Shown here: piece by piece, positions 27,259-38,434 of the stretch
Position numbering within the stretch: the first letter of the stretch is position 1
How the letters are laid out: each line of letters starts with the position of its first letter
Notes under the pieces: model-generated
Databases searched by the model: none
The model's input: the letters and a program-made list of their open reading frames with translations, nothing else
Told to the model about the DNA's origin: nothing
Translations under genes and position numbers: made by a program
DNA from: a virus
Virus record (IMG/VR): IMGVR_UViG_3300043788_000040
Span: 106,564-170,563 of that record
Strand: one strand, 5' to 3'
Length of the DNA: 64,000 nucleotides

Positions 27259-28316
27259 TGATCCCTTACGGCGGTCCCGTCATTAAACCTCCGGTGCAGC
27301 GGGTAGACCCGCCGTCCCCGAGGGAGCGGCGACAGACGCAAAGGCTATTGCTTCTGTGTGTGTTGTTCGCAGCGGGTTTGTATCTTCTGCTGGTCGGCTT
27401 TGGCGAGGATGGCTTCAACGAATCCTTCGTCCAGTCGTACCAGCACTACCTCGCCAGCATAGGATTTTTTGCAGCTTGGCTGGCGGTTAAAATATGCTGG
27501 ACGAAAGAGTAGTCTGATGACCCTGAAAGAGATCGTCAAGGACAACAACAAGGCGCTGTTCTCCCACTACCGTGACGGGAACTTCTTCTACGTCGTGGAA
27601 GTGGGAGGCAAGCGCTACAGCTTCCCCATCTCGCTTGAGGAAGCCAAGGGCGCTACGCTGTTCGCCGAGTTCAAGGCGATCACGCTCATGCGCTGGATTC
27701 GCAAGGCGCTTGAAGCCAAAACATTCCAACTGGCGAGGTAACCGCATGTCCGAGATTGCCGACATCAAGCAGAGGCGGGAAGTGGTAGAAGCTAGCTTGG
27801 AACTCAACGGATACGTTGAGGACTTGCGCAACAAATTCAAACTGTCGCCGTTGCAGATAGTGGTATTGCTGCAAGAACAGGCGCAGATTTACCTCAAGGC
27901 AGTGGCACGGAGGGCACTTGGAAAACGTTAAAGCCCCAGCGCCGAAGGTCTTCTACTTCGGCTGCATGGGAGGAAAAGGGCACCGCCTGTACGACGCTGA
28001 CGGCGAGGACATGCGCCGCATCGTCACGACCCCATGGGGGAACCAGATTGACGGCATGCTCGCGCCGGACGGTCTCGTCCTACGGAAAGTCGGCGAGGGC
28101 GAAAGGATGCAGCCAGAGGGCAGGGCGCTCCTGCACCACAAGGAGGGCTGGACGGCGATAGGCTTTTGGGACAGGAGTGGCGATCAGCGCTTCAATTCCA
28201 ACAGCAACTTCCTCGTGCGAGGCACATACACGTTTGACGAGATGCTGGCGCTGGCGAAGGCTCAGTTTCCCGGCATTTTCGCTACGATCAAATTTCCAAT
28301 CACTGAAATCAAGTAG
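27255..28316 (+). other. Run of small hypothetical CDSs (~27255-27512, 27517-27741, 27746-27931, 27918-28316)
   Basis: Closely spaced or overlapping + ORFs with phage-like codon usage. Confidence 0.55.
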
Positions 28317-28375
28317 ACTTCAGTTCTTGCTTGTGGTAACTTGGGGATAAGTCAGGTGTGGAGAAAAGGTGTTCT

Positions 28376-29173
28376 ATGAAACGAGCTATTTTAGCTGCGT
28401 TCGCAGTTATGTTTTTGTGTGCGTCTGTTGGTAAGGCACAAGCCATTCCAGCAGCAACGTCCATTTACGATGAGCATTTCCGCTTCCTCACTGGCGTCAG
28501 TGGCGGGGGCGATCTCGGCAACTTGTTCCTGTCTTTGAACGCGGGTATGGAGATTCCGGTCACGAGGCGGTTTGAGATTGATCTCGGAGACGGGTTCTCT
28601 CCGGTGTTTCATGTGAATGGCATCGTCATCCCTTTCGAGCAGCACATTAACCTCGGCACGGGATCGGCGAACATTGCCAGCGGCGGCGTACTTGTCTGGG
28701 TCTCGCCGGGCAGGAGTCTTGGATTGAGTGGCGGCGTTGACTACTCGTCCTACAGCGTGAACATCCACAAGGGCAGCTATTACGCTCACGGCGACTTGGT
28801 GTGGCGCAAGATTGCATGGGGGATGCCGACACGATTCAATTTCGGCTACTTCCAGCAGTTCAACAACGGAATCGCGTGCGGCACCATCGCGGCGTGCTCT
28901 CTACCCGGTGCTAACGGCACCGAGACAGACCACGTGCAGGGCGGTGAGTTCGGTCTGACAACTCGCATGGGAGCCGTTGGACCGACCGTAATCAGGATGA
29001 CGTTCAGCACCAACGTGGCGCACCTACTGACACAGGGCAACCAAGCCTGCGATGGGAGCCTCGGCGTCTTCATCCCGTCTTGCAAGCGCGGCAGCACGGT
29101 GGGCGGTGGCGCAACAATGGGAGTCAGCTTTGAGTTCCCACGTCATCGTGGAGACGAATACAAAGCGTTCTAA
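28376..29173 (+). CDS. Secreted, probable outer-membrane beta-barrel protein
   Basis: Signal peptide MKRAILAAFAVMFLCASVGKAQA; alternating Gly/aromatic beta strands; two Cys pairs in loops. Confidence 0.55.
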   Translation: MKRAILAAFAVMFLCASVGKAQAIPAATSIYDEHFRFLTGVSGGGDLGNLFLSLNAGMEIPVTRRFEIDLGDGFSPVFHVNGIVIPFEQHINLGTGSANIASGGVLVWVSPGRSLGLSGGVDYSSYSVNIHKGSYYAHGDLVWRKIAWGMPTRFNFGYFQQFNNGIACGTIAACSLPGANGTETDHVQGGEFGLTTRMGAVGPTVIRMTFSTNVAHLLTQGNQACDGSLGVFIPSCKRGSTVGGGATMGVSFEFPRHRGDEYKAF

Positions 29174-29194
29174 CCCCGCTCTAGCGGACGAGTG

Positions 29195-29232
29195 CGCCGG
29201 GGAGAGAAAGTTCTTCCCGGCGTTTTCTTTTT
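29195..29232 (+). terminator. Rho-independent terminator
   Basis: CGCCGGGGA...TTCCCGGCG followed by TTTTCTTTTT. Confidence 0.8.
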
Positions 29233-29248
29233 GGTGTACTATACGAAC

Positions 29249-29365
29249 ATGTGCGAAGTGTGCGTTGCAGGAGCAGCGGCCGTGTTGGTGGGCTGGCGGT
29301 ACTATCGCTGGCATGTGATTGAGTTTTGCAGGAGGGCAGGATTATGGCTCCTAAAAAGAAAATAG
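29249..29365 (+). CDS. 38-aa hydrophobic/basic peptide (leaderless candidate)
   Basis: TACTAT 6 nt before ATG; MCEVCVAGAAAVLVGWRYYRWHVIEFCRRAGLWLLKRK. Confidence 0.4.
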   Translation: MCEVCVAGAAAVLVGWRYYRWHVIEFCRRAGLWLLKRK

Positions 29366-29931
29366 TGCCCAACAAAGACGTAGAGAAAGCCAAAGGCGAG
29401 ATTGGCGATGCCGCTCGTGCTGTCGGCAAGGCGGCAGAGGCTCTGCGGAAGCAGCCTGTCCTTACCGTGACAGACCAGTACGGCAATCCGTGGGAGCAGG
29501 TCGTTGAAGACGTTGACGCCTTGGATCAGGAATTCGGCGAAGAAGAAGTTCTTCAAAAAGAGAGCTTCATGGATTTCTTGCAAAAGAAGCTCAAAAGTGG
29601 TGACACCGAGGTGCGTGTGATGCAGATCGGACCAAGAGGTGAGCTAATTGATGTCTCAGACAAAATCAAGGCGGGAGACCTTAAACCCGAGGACATCACT
29701 AGCATCCGAGACGAGGATAACGGGAGGACTATGCCCCTCGGTCGGAACCGACAGAATCGCGAGGCGGCCATGAGGCTCCTGCAAGAAATGGTAAGCGGTC
29801 TGCAACCACCGCAACGACCGAGCCTAGATGGCTGGAAACCAAGACCAGTAAAGGGTAAATCGGAGTCAATTCGAAGAATGGAACTGATCTTAGAAGATAG
29901 TGACAAAATCCTAGAACACTGGAAAAAATGA
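29344..29931 (+). CDS. Hypothetical protein
   Basis: Long ORF in the + strand run. Confidence 0.6.
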   Translation: MAPKKKIVPNKDVEKAKGEIGDAARAVGKAAEALRKQPVLTVTDQYGNPWEQVVEDVDALDQEFGEEEVLQKESFMDFLQKKLKSGDTEVRVMQIGPRGELIDVSDKIKAGDLKPEDITSIRDEDNGRTMPLGRNRQNREAAMRLLQEMVSGLQPPQRPSLDGWKPRPVKGKSESIRRMELILEDSDKILEHWKK

Positions 29932-29972
29932 CCCCTCCTCGGTATTAGACCCGAGAGGGTCTGGTACCGAAA

Positions 29973-31085
29973 ATGATACTCCTCAAGAACATTCTGCCTT
30001 ACGACTTGTTCAAGCGCATGCTTGACGAGGGATACATCCGTTCACAGGTACACCCCCTCTATCCCGAGTTGGTGATCTTCAACTACACCGAGGCGGCGCA
30101 GTTTGACCGCCTGTGGAATGAGGCGACCAACGTGTGCCGTGGCTTGATCGTGCGGCTCGCGAACGGCGTGCTTGACGGCGATGCCGAGGTCGTGGCTCGT
30201 CCGTTCAACAAGTTCCACAACCTGAACACTGCCTACGTGCCGGAGACGATGGAAGAGAACTTGCCGAACGAGGCTCCGCTCGTGACCACGAAGATGGACG
30301 GTTCCATGGGGATCATCTACGAGTACGACGACAAGGCGTGGGTGGCGACTCGTGGATCGTTTGACTCGGATCAGGCTCGCCGGGCGACGGCGTGGTATCG
30401 TCAGCACGCGGCGATGTTGCCGCAGGGTTGGCCGGACGGCGTTACGCCCGTGTGCGAGATCATCTACCCGGAGAACCGGATCGTCGTTGACTACGACTTT
30501 GAGGGGCTTGTCCTGCTCTCAATCATAGACAACGAGACTGGGAAGGAGTTGTCGCGCTTTGATGTTGAAATGTGGGGTGCGATCAACACGCTCCAGGTTG
30601 TCACAAAGTTTGACAAGTCACTCGCTGAGTGCGCAGCCGAGAACACGCTGAACGAGGAGGGGTATGTCCTGACCTACTCCAACGGCGTGAAGGTCAAGGT
30701 GAAGTTTGCGGAGTATGTCCGGCTCCACCGTGTCCTCACTGGGCTGAATCCGAAGGCGATCTGGGAGATGCTTGCCCAGAACGGCGGCGAGGCAGTTGAC
30801 GCAATCCTCGCAGACCCGAAGATGCCGACCACTTTCATCTCGTGGTTCAAGGGATGGGTGGATCAGCTTCGGGGGAAGTATGCGGAGATTGAGCGTGAGG
30901 CGCTGGCTATTTTCGCAGCACGTCCGCAGTCGTCTGTCCGCAAGGATCAGGCACTCTACTTCAAGCAGACACCGCTGCACATGTCGCTCCTGTTTGCAAT
31001 GCTGGACGGCAAGAACTACGCCGGAATCATCTGGGACAGGATCGCACCGAAGGGTAACCAGACGTTCAAGAAGGATGGGGAGTAA
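29973..31085 (+). CDS. rnlA: T4 Rnl1-type RNA ligase
   Basis: CRGLI...RPFNKFHN, motif I KMDGS, ATRGSFDS, EII.PENRIVVDY, EGYV, KVKVKF.EY. Confidence 0.92.
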   Translation: MILLKNILPYDLFKRMLDEGYIRSQVHPLYPELVIFNYTEAAQFDRLWNEATNVCRGLIVRLANGVLDGDAEVVARPFNKFHNLNTAYVPETMEENLPNEAPLVTTKMDGSMGIIYEYDDKAWVATRGSFDSDQARRATAWYRQHAAMLPQGWPDGVTPVCEIIYPENRIVVDYDFEGLVLLSIIDNETGKELSRFDVEMWGAINTLQVVTKFDKSLAECAAENTLNEEGYVLTYSNGVKVKVKFAEYVRLHRVLTGLNPKAIWEMLAQNGGEAVDAILADPKMPTTFISWFKGWVDQLRGKYAEIEREALAIFAARPQSSVRKDQALYFKQTPLHMSLLFAMLDGKNYAGIIWDRIAPKGNQTFKKDGE

Positions 31086-31260
31086 CCTACTGATTTTAAG
31101 GTGGTTATTCCCTAGCCTTTTTGGCGGACTCCGCTGTATACTACTGGTGGAGGCAACAGCCTCAAAAGTTTCGGCGGGGCGTTCCGTGGCGTAACTGAAA
31201 GGGCGGCTCGAAAAGTCTTGGCACTGCGACCAAGGCCCCAAAGTTTGAGCAAGGCAAACC

Positions 31261-31419
31261 ATGATGAACTTCTGCACAGCCTGCCAGAAACCGTACGACG
31301 AAGAAACGCCGTGCGACTGCGACGCGGCTGGGCTGCAACCTGTTCCGGCGTTCACTCAATGGTTTGAAGATCAAGAAGACATTGACTTCAAAGATTCACG
31401 AAGAATCAACAATGACTGA
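31261..31419 (+). CDS. Small Cys-containing protein (52 aa) coupled to cca
   Basis: Manual read MMNFCTACQKPYDEETPCDC...; stop overlaps the cca start. Confidence 0.5.
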   Translation: MMNFCTACQKPYDEETPCDCDAAGLQPVPAFTQWFEDQEDIDFKDSRRINND

Positions 31420-32713
31420 TTCCTTCCATCTCGCAGCGCACGTCAAGGTGATGCACACCCTTGAGCACCACGGCTTTGAGGCTTTCCTCGTCGGTGGCTG
31501 CGTGCGTGACCGCCTTCTCCAACGGCAATCCAAAGACTTTGACGTGACGACTAACGCCACGCCCGATGAAGTTCGTGCGATCTTCCCCAAGACCATTCCA
31601 GTCGGCGCAAAGTTCGGCGTCGTGGTCGTGGTGATGGACGGTGTTCAGATTGAAGTCGCCACCTACCGTGCTGATGGCGCATACACTGACGGTCGGCGAC
31701 CGGATGAAGTCACGTACAGCAAGAGTGCGAAGGACGACGTGACTCGCCGGGACTTCACCATGAACGGCTTGCTGATGAATTCCCTCGGCGAGATCACTGA
31801 CTACGTTGAAGGTCAGGCAGACATCAATCGTGGAATCATCCGTGCCATCGGTGACCCGAACGTGCGCTTCACTGAGGACGCACTGCGCATGCTTCGTGCC
31901 GTCCGTTTCGCAGCACAGCTTGGTTTTGAAATTGAGATCAGGACTCTTGAGGCAATCAGGGACAACGCACGGCTGCTCAAGGTCATTAGCCGGGAGCGTG
32001 TCGCTGCCGAACTGTTCAAAATCTTCTCTGCACCCTTTCCCCTCAAGGGAATCGTGCCTTTCATTTCCACCGGGCTGTTCCGCTACGCCCTGCCGGACAA
32101 TTTCGCTGAGCAAGCGAACATGACACGCACGATTCAGCGCTTCGGCACGTTCACGGCAAACAAAGACGCCATGCTCGGCATGGGAATGTTCTTCGCCGAT
32201 CTGGAATACCTCGGACACAATGCTGACCGCTTGGCAGATTACCTCAAGCTGTCCACGGCGCAGAAGGAAGAGATCGTTTACATGCGGTACCACGTGACCC
32301 GTTTCGGGCAGCACTTGACCGGAGACCTGTTGACCGAGGCTACGCTCAAGCGCAAGCTGCGCACGCCGGGCGTTGAACTGGCGCTGGAGATCATGACGCA
32401 AAACGAAGTCATGGGCAAGACCAATTTCGGCTTTGAGGCGCTGATGGGTTTTGTTCACAAGGTCAGGGCGTACACACCGGAGCAGATCAAGCCGAAGCCG
32501 CTCGTCACGGGCAAGGACTTGATTGATGCCGGGATACCAGCCGGACCGATCTTCACGAGCATCCTGTTTGACGTGGAGAGTCACCAACTTAACGGCGTGT
32601 TCACGACGAAAGAGCAGGGCATGAGTTTCGTGCGTGAGCGCACCTACCAAGACACGCTCAAGGAATGGAACTACATGGGCTTGTCCACGGCGGAAGTGCG
32701 GGAGCTAGAATGA
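31412..32713 (+). CDS. cca: CCA-adding tRNA nucleotidyltransferase (class II)
   Basis: VGGCVRD, DFDVTT, EVATYR, RRDFTMNG, EDALRMLRAVRF, SRERV..EL. Confidence 0.93.
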   Translation: MTDSFHLAAHVKVMHTLEHHGFEAFLVGGCVRDRLLQRQSKDFDVTTNATPDEVRAIFPKTIPVGAKFGVVVVVMDGVQIEVATYRADGAYTDGRRPDEVTYSKSAKDDVTRRDFTMNGLLMNSLGEITDYVEGQADINRGIIRAIGDPNVRFTEDALRMLRAVRFAAQLGFEIEIRTLEAIRDNARLLKVISRERVAAELFKIFSAPFPLKGIVPFISTGLFRYALPDNFAEQANMTRTIQRFGTFTANKDAMLGMGMFFADLEYLGHNADRLADYLKLSTAQKEEIVYMRYHVTRFGQHLTGDLLTEATLKRKLRTPGVELALEIMTQNEVMGKTNFGFEALMGFVHKVRAYTPEQIKPKPLVTGKDLIDAGIPAGPIFTSILFDVESHQLNGVFTTKEQGMSFVRERTYQDTLKEWNYMGLSTAEVRELE

Positions 32714-33258
32714 TCACCCCACGCTTCAACCAGATCACTTTCCTGCACGGGCGGGATGAGCTTCCAAGCGGGTACATGGAACGCTTGGAAGCCATCCTGC
32801 ATACGTCGTATCCGACCGTGCTCTTTGCCCGTCCCTTTGTTCCGTCCGATCTTGACACCAAGGATGCGTTTGAATTCGTGCGGAGGAACTACGCCAGCCG
32901 GATACAAGCCGACTCGCTGATTGTCGGGCTGGAACGTGGGGGACTGATCGCATGCGCCATACAGGACGCCTTTCCTGCGCTGCGCTTGTCCGTATTCGCC
33001 ATCAACTCGCCCACGGAAGAGGATGGTCTCTTTGCGGAGCCGTCCGTTCCCCACACCCGTTTCGCCCTGTATTCCAGTGCCTACCCCCCGATCAAGGGGC
33101 GCTGTAACTGGAGCACGACCACACCCCTCGCATACGACGTTCCGTGGCTGGCTCCCGGCTGCAACGTCATATACCCCCTCGCCTACCTGATCTCCGGGTA
33201 CAGCCACGGCGCTGACATGGATAAGCAGGTTGCTATGTTGTTCGGCGACAAGCTATAA
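32710..33258 (+). CDS. Degenerate alpha/beta-hydrolase-like protein
   Basis: FLHG...IVGLERGG (GxSxGG with Ser replaced by Glu)...INSP. Confidence 0.45.
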   Translation: MITPRFNQITFLHGRDELPSGYMERLEAILHTSYPTVLFARPFVPSDLDTKDAFEFVRRNYASRIQADSLIVGLERGGLIACAIQDAFPALRLSVFAINSPTEEDGLFAEPSVPHTRFALYSSAYPPIKGRCNWSTTTPLAYDVPWLAPGCNVIYPLAYLISGYSHGADMDKQVAMLFGDKL

Positions 33259-33265
33259 TCAAAGC

Positions 33266-34009
33266 ATGGACAGAGCAACGCTACGGTTTGACAAGTGGCC
33301 CTCGCTTTTGCGAATCGCAAGGCATGGCTACAGCACCGCCAACAAGCGCAAGGACGATGCGAAGAAGGCGGGTCAGGAGCCGCAGTGGACTGAGGTTGAG
33401 CGTGATCAAGATTGCAACCTCACGTCCATCGGGCACCAACAGGCATTTGATCTAGGCGTGGGAATCGCCCTGTCCGGCGACCCGCTGCCGGAAGTCATCG
33501 TCACATCACCGTACACCCGTGCCAAGCAAACCACCGAGGGTCTCGTTCGTGGTATCCAGAGCGTCCACCCTGAGTACAATCCCACAATCGTCGTTGAGGA
33601 ACGTGTCCGTGAAATTGAGTTCGGGATCATGGACGGCATAGACCGTGCCACATTCCGCAAGCTCTTTCCATCCGAGGCGGATCGCCGGGAACGTGACGGG
33701 AAGTACTATTACCGTCCGCCAGGTGGCGAGAATCGCCCCGACGTGCGCCTGCGAGTGCATTCCGTCCTTGACACCCTGAACCGTGACTACGTCGGCATGA
33801 ACGTCCTGATCGTCTGCCATAGCGTAGTCGTGCTTGCCTTCCGCAGTCTGATAGAGCGCTGGGAGGAGGCCGAGTACCTTCAGGTGGACAAAGAAGATGA
33901 CGTTAAGAATTGTGGGTTGACCACCTACGACCGTGTTGACAATCGGAAGCTAAAACTGCGAGAATACAACAAGGTCGCTCCGGCATCTAACCAAGAAGGG
34001 ATGCAATGA
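33266..34009 (+). CDS. Histidine phosphatase (phosphoglycerate mutase family)
   Basis: ARHGYSTAN, LT..G..QA, TSPYTRAKQT, REIEFG, PPGGE, VCHS; TATAAT 6 nt upstream. Confidence 0.9.
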   Translation: MDRATLRFDKWPSLLRIARHGYSTANKRKDDAKKAGQEPQWTEVERDQDCNLTSIGHQQAFDLGVGIALSGDPLPEVIVTSPYTRAKQTTEGLVRGIQSVHPEYNPTIVVEERVREIEFGIMDGIDRATFRKLFPSEADRRERDGKYYYRPPGGENRPDVRLRVHSVLDTLNRDYVGMNVLIVCHSVVVLAFRSLIERWEEAEYLQVDKEDDVKNCGLTTYDRVDNRKLKLREYNKVAPASNQEGMQ

Positions 34010-36148
34010 TCAAAGTAGCAGTGTTTGAAGCAACAGGCTTGTCGCAATGTGACGAGATGAACAAGTTCATTGACAAGAACGTTGAAACCTTGATCTCTGT
34101 CCATACGTCGTCATCAGCGACCCAGTACTCAGCCCGAAATTACGTCACGATTGTGTACTACCCGACGCAAGAGGGACAATGACACTCCACACTAAACTGA
34201 GCTACGCCAAGAGCGGCGTCCGCATCATCGGTTACGCTTGCCTGATCCTCGTCGGCGTCGTGACAGAGACACCCGGCTTGTGGATCGGCGGCGGGCTGCT
34301 CCTCCTCGCGGAGCTTCTCGGGATCGCCGAGGAAGCTTGGCCCGGCGCTTACAAAGGCACCGAAACAGACGCCAAATGAGCACCACCCTCATGATGAAGT
34401 GCTTGTACCGTGCTGATGGACTTGTGTGCGGCTCCGGCATGCTTTACAACTCCGTCACATTAGAGCCGATCCTACTGGAAGGCACGAGTGTCTACTGCCC
34501 AGCGTGTGAAGGCAGGGGCATGCTCATAACATCCGAAGGGCGTGACGTACTTGCGTTGCTGGAGAAGTTTGGCAGGTCTCAACTCCGTGATATAATTGAA
34601 GAGATTTTAGAGCGATGAACGAAAACGAGTGGTCTTCTAAGAAACTGCCTGAGTACTGCGGGAAGCACGGCGGGGCACGGATCGTCGGCTTCGTCAACGG
34701 CGTAGGCGTCTGTGAGCATTGCGTTGATGTTGGTGACGATTATTCCGAACAGCGAGACGACCTCTGCGTAACTTGCGACAGCACCGGGGAGATTGATGGG
34801 CGGGTTTGCAAGAACTGCCAAGGCAAAGGTTACGTGCAACCCCCTAGTTCCAAATGACTTATACCTAGACGAAATCCCCTTCCCCGCTGTATACTTACGG
34901 TATGAGCCAGACTGCATGGAACCCGCGCTATCTCGCTTACTGCCGAGCGCACAAAAAGACCCCGGAGCAAATGCTGGAGCACGACCGAGAACAGTATCCG
35001 GGCGGCTGCATGTGCGGCTACATTCTCTGGCACAGCGCCAAGCTGGCTGAGGCGAAGCGCACACACCCTGAGTTCTTTTACATTGGATTCGCTGGCATTG
35101 ACGGGCTGCTTGATCACAAGAACTACGACAAGTGGCTGAATGCGAGCATACAATGAGCATCTACAAATCAGATCACCGCTGTGACCGCACGCTGAAACAG
35201 ATTCTCGTCGGATTCTTTTTGCGCCGGACGTGCCCGTCGTATGTGACCTACCAAGACCAGCGGCACGAGTGTAAACTCCTGTCAGGGCACAAGGGGCGGC
35301 ATGGTGATGGCGAACTGTTTTGGGGATACGGCGACAACTGGCTGGAGATGCCATGAAAATTGAGAAGCTGCAACCCGGTCAGGTGGTGTTCAACGTGGTG
35401 CGCCAGAACATGGGCAACACGACCATGAAAACCACGTCCGTGTACAAAGTCTACATCAAGGAAATTGACCCGGAGTTTCAGTGGGTACTGGCTTCGTGGA
35501 ACGGCAATCCGGCACGCAAGTTCTACAAGCGCACGGTCAGCAAGTGGCGTGAAAAGAAGCCCGTGATGATCACCAGCCCGATGGGTAGCCAACGTCTGGC
35601 AACCCGTGAAGAGATCAAGGCGATGGAGCAGAAGAGTGTTTGATCACGTACATCACGGTCAGGTGGACTCACACCGCTACCGCAGCTACTACGACGCCCA
35701 GAACGGCTCTAATACGCAATGTGCCTATTGTGGGAGGGTGATCCGGTACTGCTACGCCATCCACAACCAGCACGGCAAGACTTTCGTGATCGGCTCCTGT
35801 GATTTCGCCCAATACCGAGGCACCAAGCTGTACGCCCAACTCAAGGCAGCGCAAGTATTGCAGGAAGCCCTTACCAAAAACATCCGGCACGACCTCAAAT
35901 TCTACGGCGACAAGGCGGAAGTCCGCGAACGTCGCAAGGCTTGGGCACGTGCCCGGCGCAAGGGCGAGAAGCTGGTGCGCACGTGGGTCATGGTCAAGGG
36001 CGAATGGCTACCGGAGAGCCTCTACAACCTTCGTCGTGCCGCCGAAGAGAAACCCCGCCAATACAAGCGGCCATCCGCCGCTCTCCGCTGGTATCAGCAA
36101 CAAACCGAAAAAATAATCTCCTTGACGAAAGACGTTCCCAGTATTTAA
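34006..36148 (+). other. Run of small hypothetical CDSs, several with CxxC motifs (34179-34379, 34376-34618, 34615-34857, 34902-35156, 35153-35356, 35353-35643, ~35636-36148)
   Basis: Overlapping ATGA junctions. Confidence 0.55.
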
Positions 36149-36187
36149 CGTTCTACGAACCCCCCAAGTAGGAGAGGTCACTGATCA

Positions 36188-36382
36188 ATGCCACGGTTCT
36201 TGGAAGACGAGGACTTTATTGACCGCGAGGACGAGGACGAAGTCCCCGAGGACAAAGAGGACGACGACGAAGGTCTTCTTGAAGAAGAAGAGACCCTTGA
36301 AGAGCTTGATGTGGACGACCGTGGGCATGTGCGCCCCCGTCGTCGCCAGCGCGACGAGGAAATAGACCCCGAGGAGTACTGA
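36188..36382 (+). CDS. Very acidic small protein
   Basis: 32 of 64 residues are Asp/Glu; SD GGAGAGG. Confidence 0.6.
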   Translation: MPRFLEDEDFIDREDEDEVPEDKEDDDEGLLEEEETLEELDVDDRGHVRPRRRQRDEEIDPEEY

Positions 36383-37279
36383 ATCCTTTCGGTCAGTGGG
36401 GGCATCCAATGCGTATGAGTGGCACCGTGAAGTGGTTCTTGATAACCGCACTGCTGCTCGCTGCTGCCATTTTTGCCTACGTCCGTATCGCCGACGCCCT
36501 TAACGATTACGAGATGCAAATAAGCAACCCCGGTGAGACCCAGCCTGAGACCCCAACCCCGCCTGCACCTGACGCCCGACCTTGGATGCACGATCAGTTG
36601 ATCCGCACCTAAAAACGCAGTATTATAGAAGGTATGAGCCAAAAAGTTGATCGCTACTACGTTGACTCGGACGGCAATCCGAAATCAAACATCGTGATTA
36701 GAGATCGGATTTCCCCGCTTGGGAAGCAGACTTATCCCACCGACATCGCTGTTGAAGTCACGATGGGGATGTTTTCCAACAGAGAAACAACCGTCGCCAT
36801 CGCGCATGCCATCTGCCAACTCCTGAACGAAGAGTAACCCCTAAGCAATTCCGTCCTTGTCGTGGCTACCGTCCCCTTTCATAGGAGCCATGCGAGAGCG
36901 CCTCATATTCGAAACCGACACCGAACGGGCAGAGGTTCGCAAGTCCCTGTCCGAAACGTTTCCGCTTGGCAAACTTTGGTACGTGCCGGATGACACCGAT
37001 TTTCTCATGGATGCCGAGTTTCCTTGCTCCGAAGAAGCTTTCTTCCGCTACGCCCTGTTGGCTCCAGGCCCGCACGGGCAACTGGTTTTCTCCTGTCTTC
37101 ACCTCACTCTGCTGATGCTTGACCCCCCACCGTGGATGATCGCCGAGCTTAGCAAGCCCCAGCGCCAACTCCCCGCAAAGACCTGAAAAAGGGAATTTCC
37201 TCGCTACCGGGTACTGTAGTGTGGGCAGCCTTATCGCCCTAGTGCAGTCAAATCTAACAGTGAAGTACAGTGAGGTTCT

Positions 37280-38221
37280 ATGTCTCAGCAGGAAGCCGTT
37301 TTCGGCACAGCACGTTCGTCTGTTGTAAAATCCACCTACAAGCACCTTTCCGATGTTCTCTCAGCCTATTGGGCTGGCAATCGTCTTGGCAATGGACTGG
37401 TAGACACCATCCATAATTCGCCACGTCTTACCCAGTGGGCAAAGACGGCCGAGGGGTATCGCATCTGGTCAACCGATGAGGCGTTATCGGTGACTGTGAC
37501 CCCGGAAAAAATCTATACCACCAAAGGGAACCGTGTTGATCCCGTTCAAGACGGCCTCCCGGCGCAGACGCTATACAACGCCATCCAGACGGCACAAGCC
37601 ATAGTCAACACCAGCGGTGCGGATGAAAAAGAGGACGAATGGTTTGAGGAGGACGAGGACTTCTCGGGCGGCGCGGGCTTGGATGCCGCGTTGGCGGAGA
37701 CACACTCCGAGCCGCTCGTGGAAGATGACGCCGAGCTTATTGAAGATGTCTGCCTAGAAACTATCTCGCCCACGCCCGACACGTCAATCAGCATGGACAC
37801 GGAACCGTACGATCCCGAGCGTGTCTACTCGCAGGAAGTGATCCCCGAGAGTTTCACGGCGCAGGCGAACCGCAAGAACGCCGCTACGGACGGCGTTGAG
37901 TGCTCCTACTGCGGTAACCTCAACCGTGCTGCGTACAAGGGCACCTGCCCGAAATGCCCGAAGCAGACAGCAGCGGAAGTCGCTGCCATGAAAGAGCCGA
38001 AGAAGGCGTCTAAACCCGAAAGTGCAATCTCCGAGGCATGGCTCATGGCTCGCCTTAAATCGCTCCAAGGCCGGGTTCTGACCATCCTAGACGCCTCCCC
38101 CATCGCTGACAAAGCTCAGCGGGACGCAGTGAAAACACTGCTCAACAAGGAATTCCGTCGTGAGATGAACAAGGTCAGCGACGGCGGTTGGCGGCAAAAC
38201 GACCCAAGGTACGAGGAATAA
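37280..38221 (+). CDS. Hypothetical protein with acidic linker and CxxC...CxxC finger
   Basis: CSYC...CPKC. Confidence 0.65.
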   Translation: MSQQEAVFGTARSSVVKSTYKHLSDVLSAYWAGNRLGNGLVDTIHNSPRLTQWAKTAEGYRIWSTDEALSVTVTPEKIYTTKGNRVDPVQDGLPAQTLYNAIQTAQAIVNTSGADEKEDEWFEEDEDFSGGAGLDAALAETHSEPLVEDDAELIEDVCLETISPTPDTSISMDTEPYDPERVYSQEVIPESFTAQANRKNAATDGVECSYCGNLNRAAYKGTCPKCPKQTAAEVAAMKEPKKASKPESAISEAWLMARLKSLQGRVLTILDASPIADKAQRDAVKTLLNKEFRREMNKVSDGGWRQNDPRYEE

Positions 38222-38434
38222 CCATGCGACCCAAAGAGACCGAGATCGCCAAGGTTGTTCGCAACTGCGACGGCTCCATGGACATCACTTTCCGTGACGA
38301 TTCCAACGCCCGGTACGCAGTGTTCACCATGCAAGACGGTGGCAAGATCAAGTTCAAGGACCCCAAAGGGGCGTACCAAGCCAGCAGGCGAGTGGTTGAG
38401 GTTTCCATTCGCGGTTGACGGCGTATTAGACTAG

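Noticed and set aside
20463-32650. Long minus-strand ORFs (20463-22211, 25855-27183, 31406-32650)
   Set aside because: Antisense shadows of Ro60, PNK and Cca caused by codon bias; no motifs
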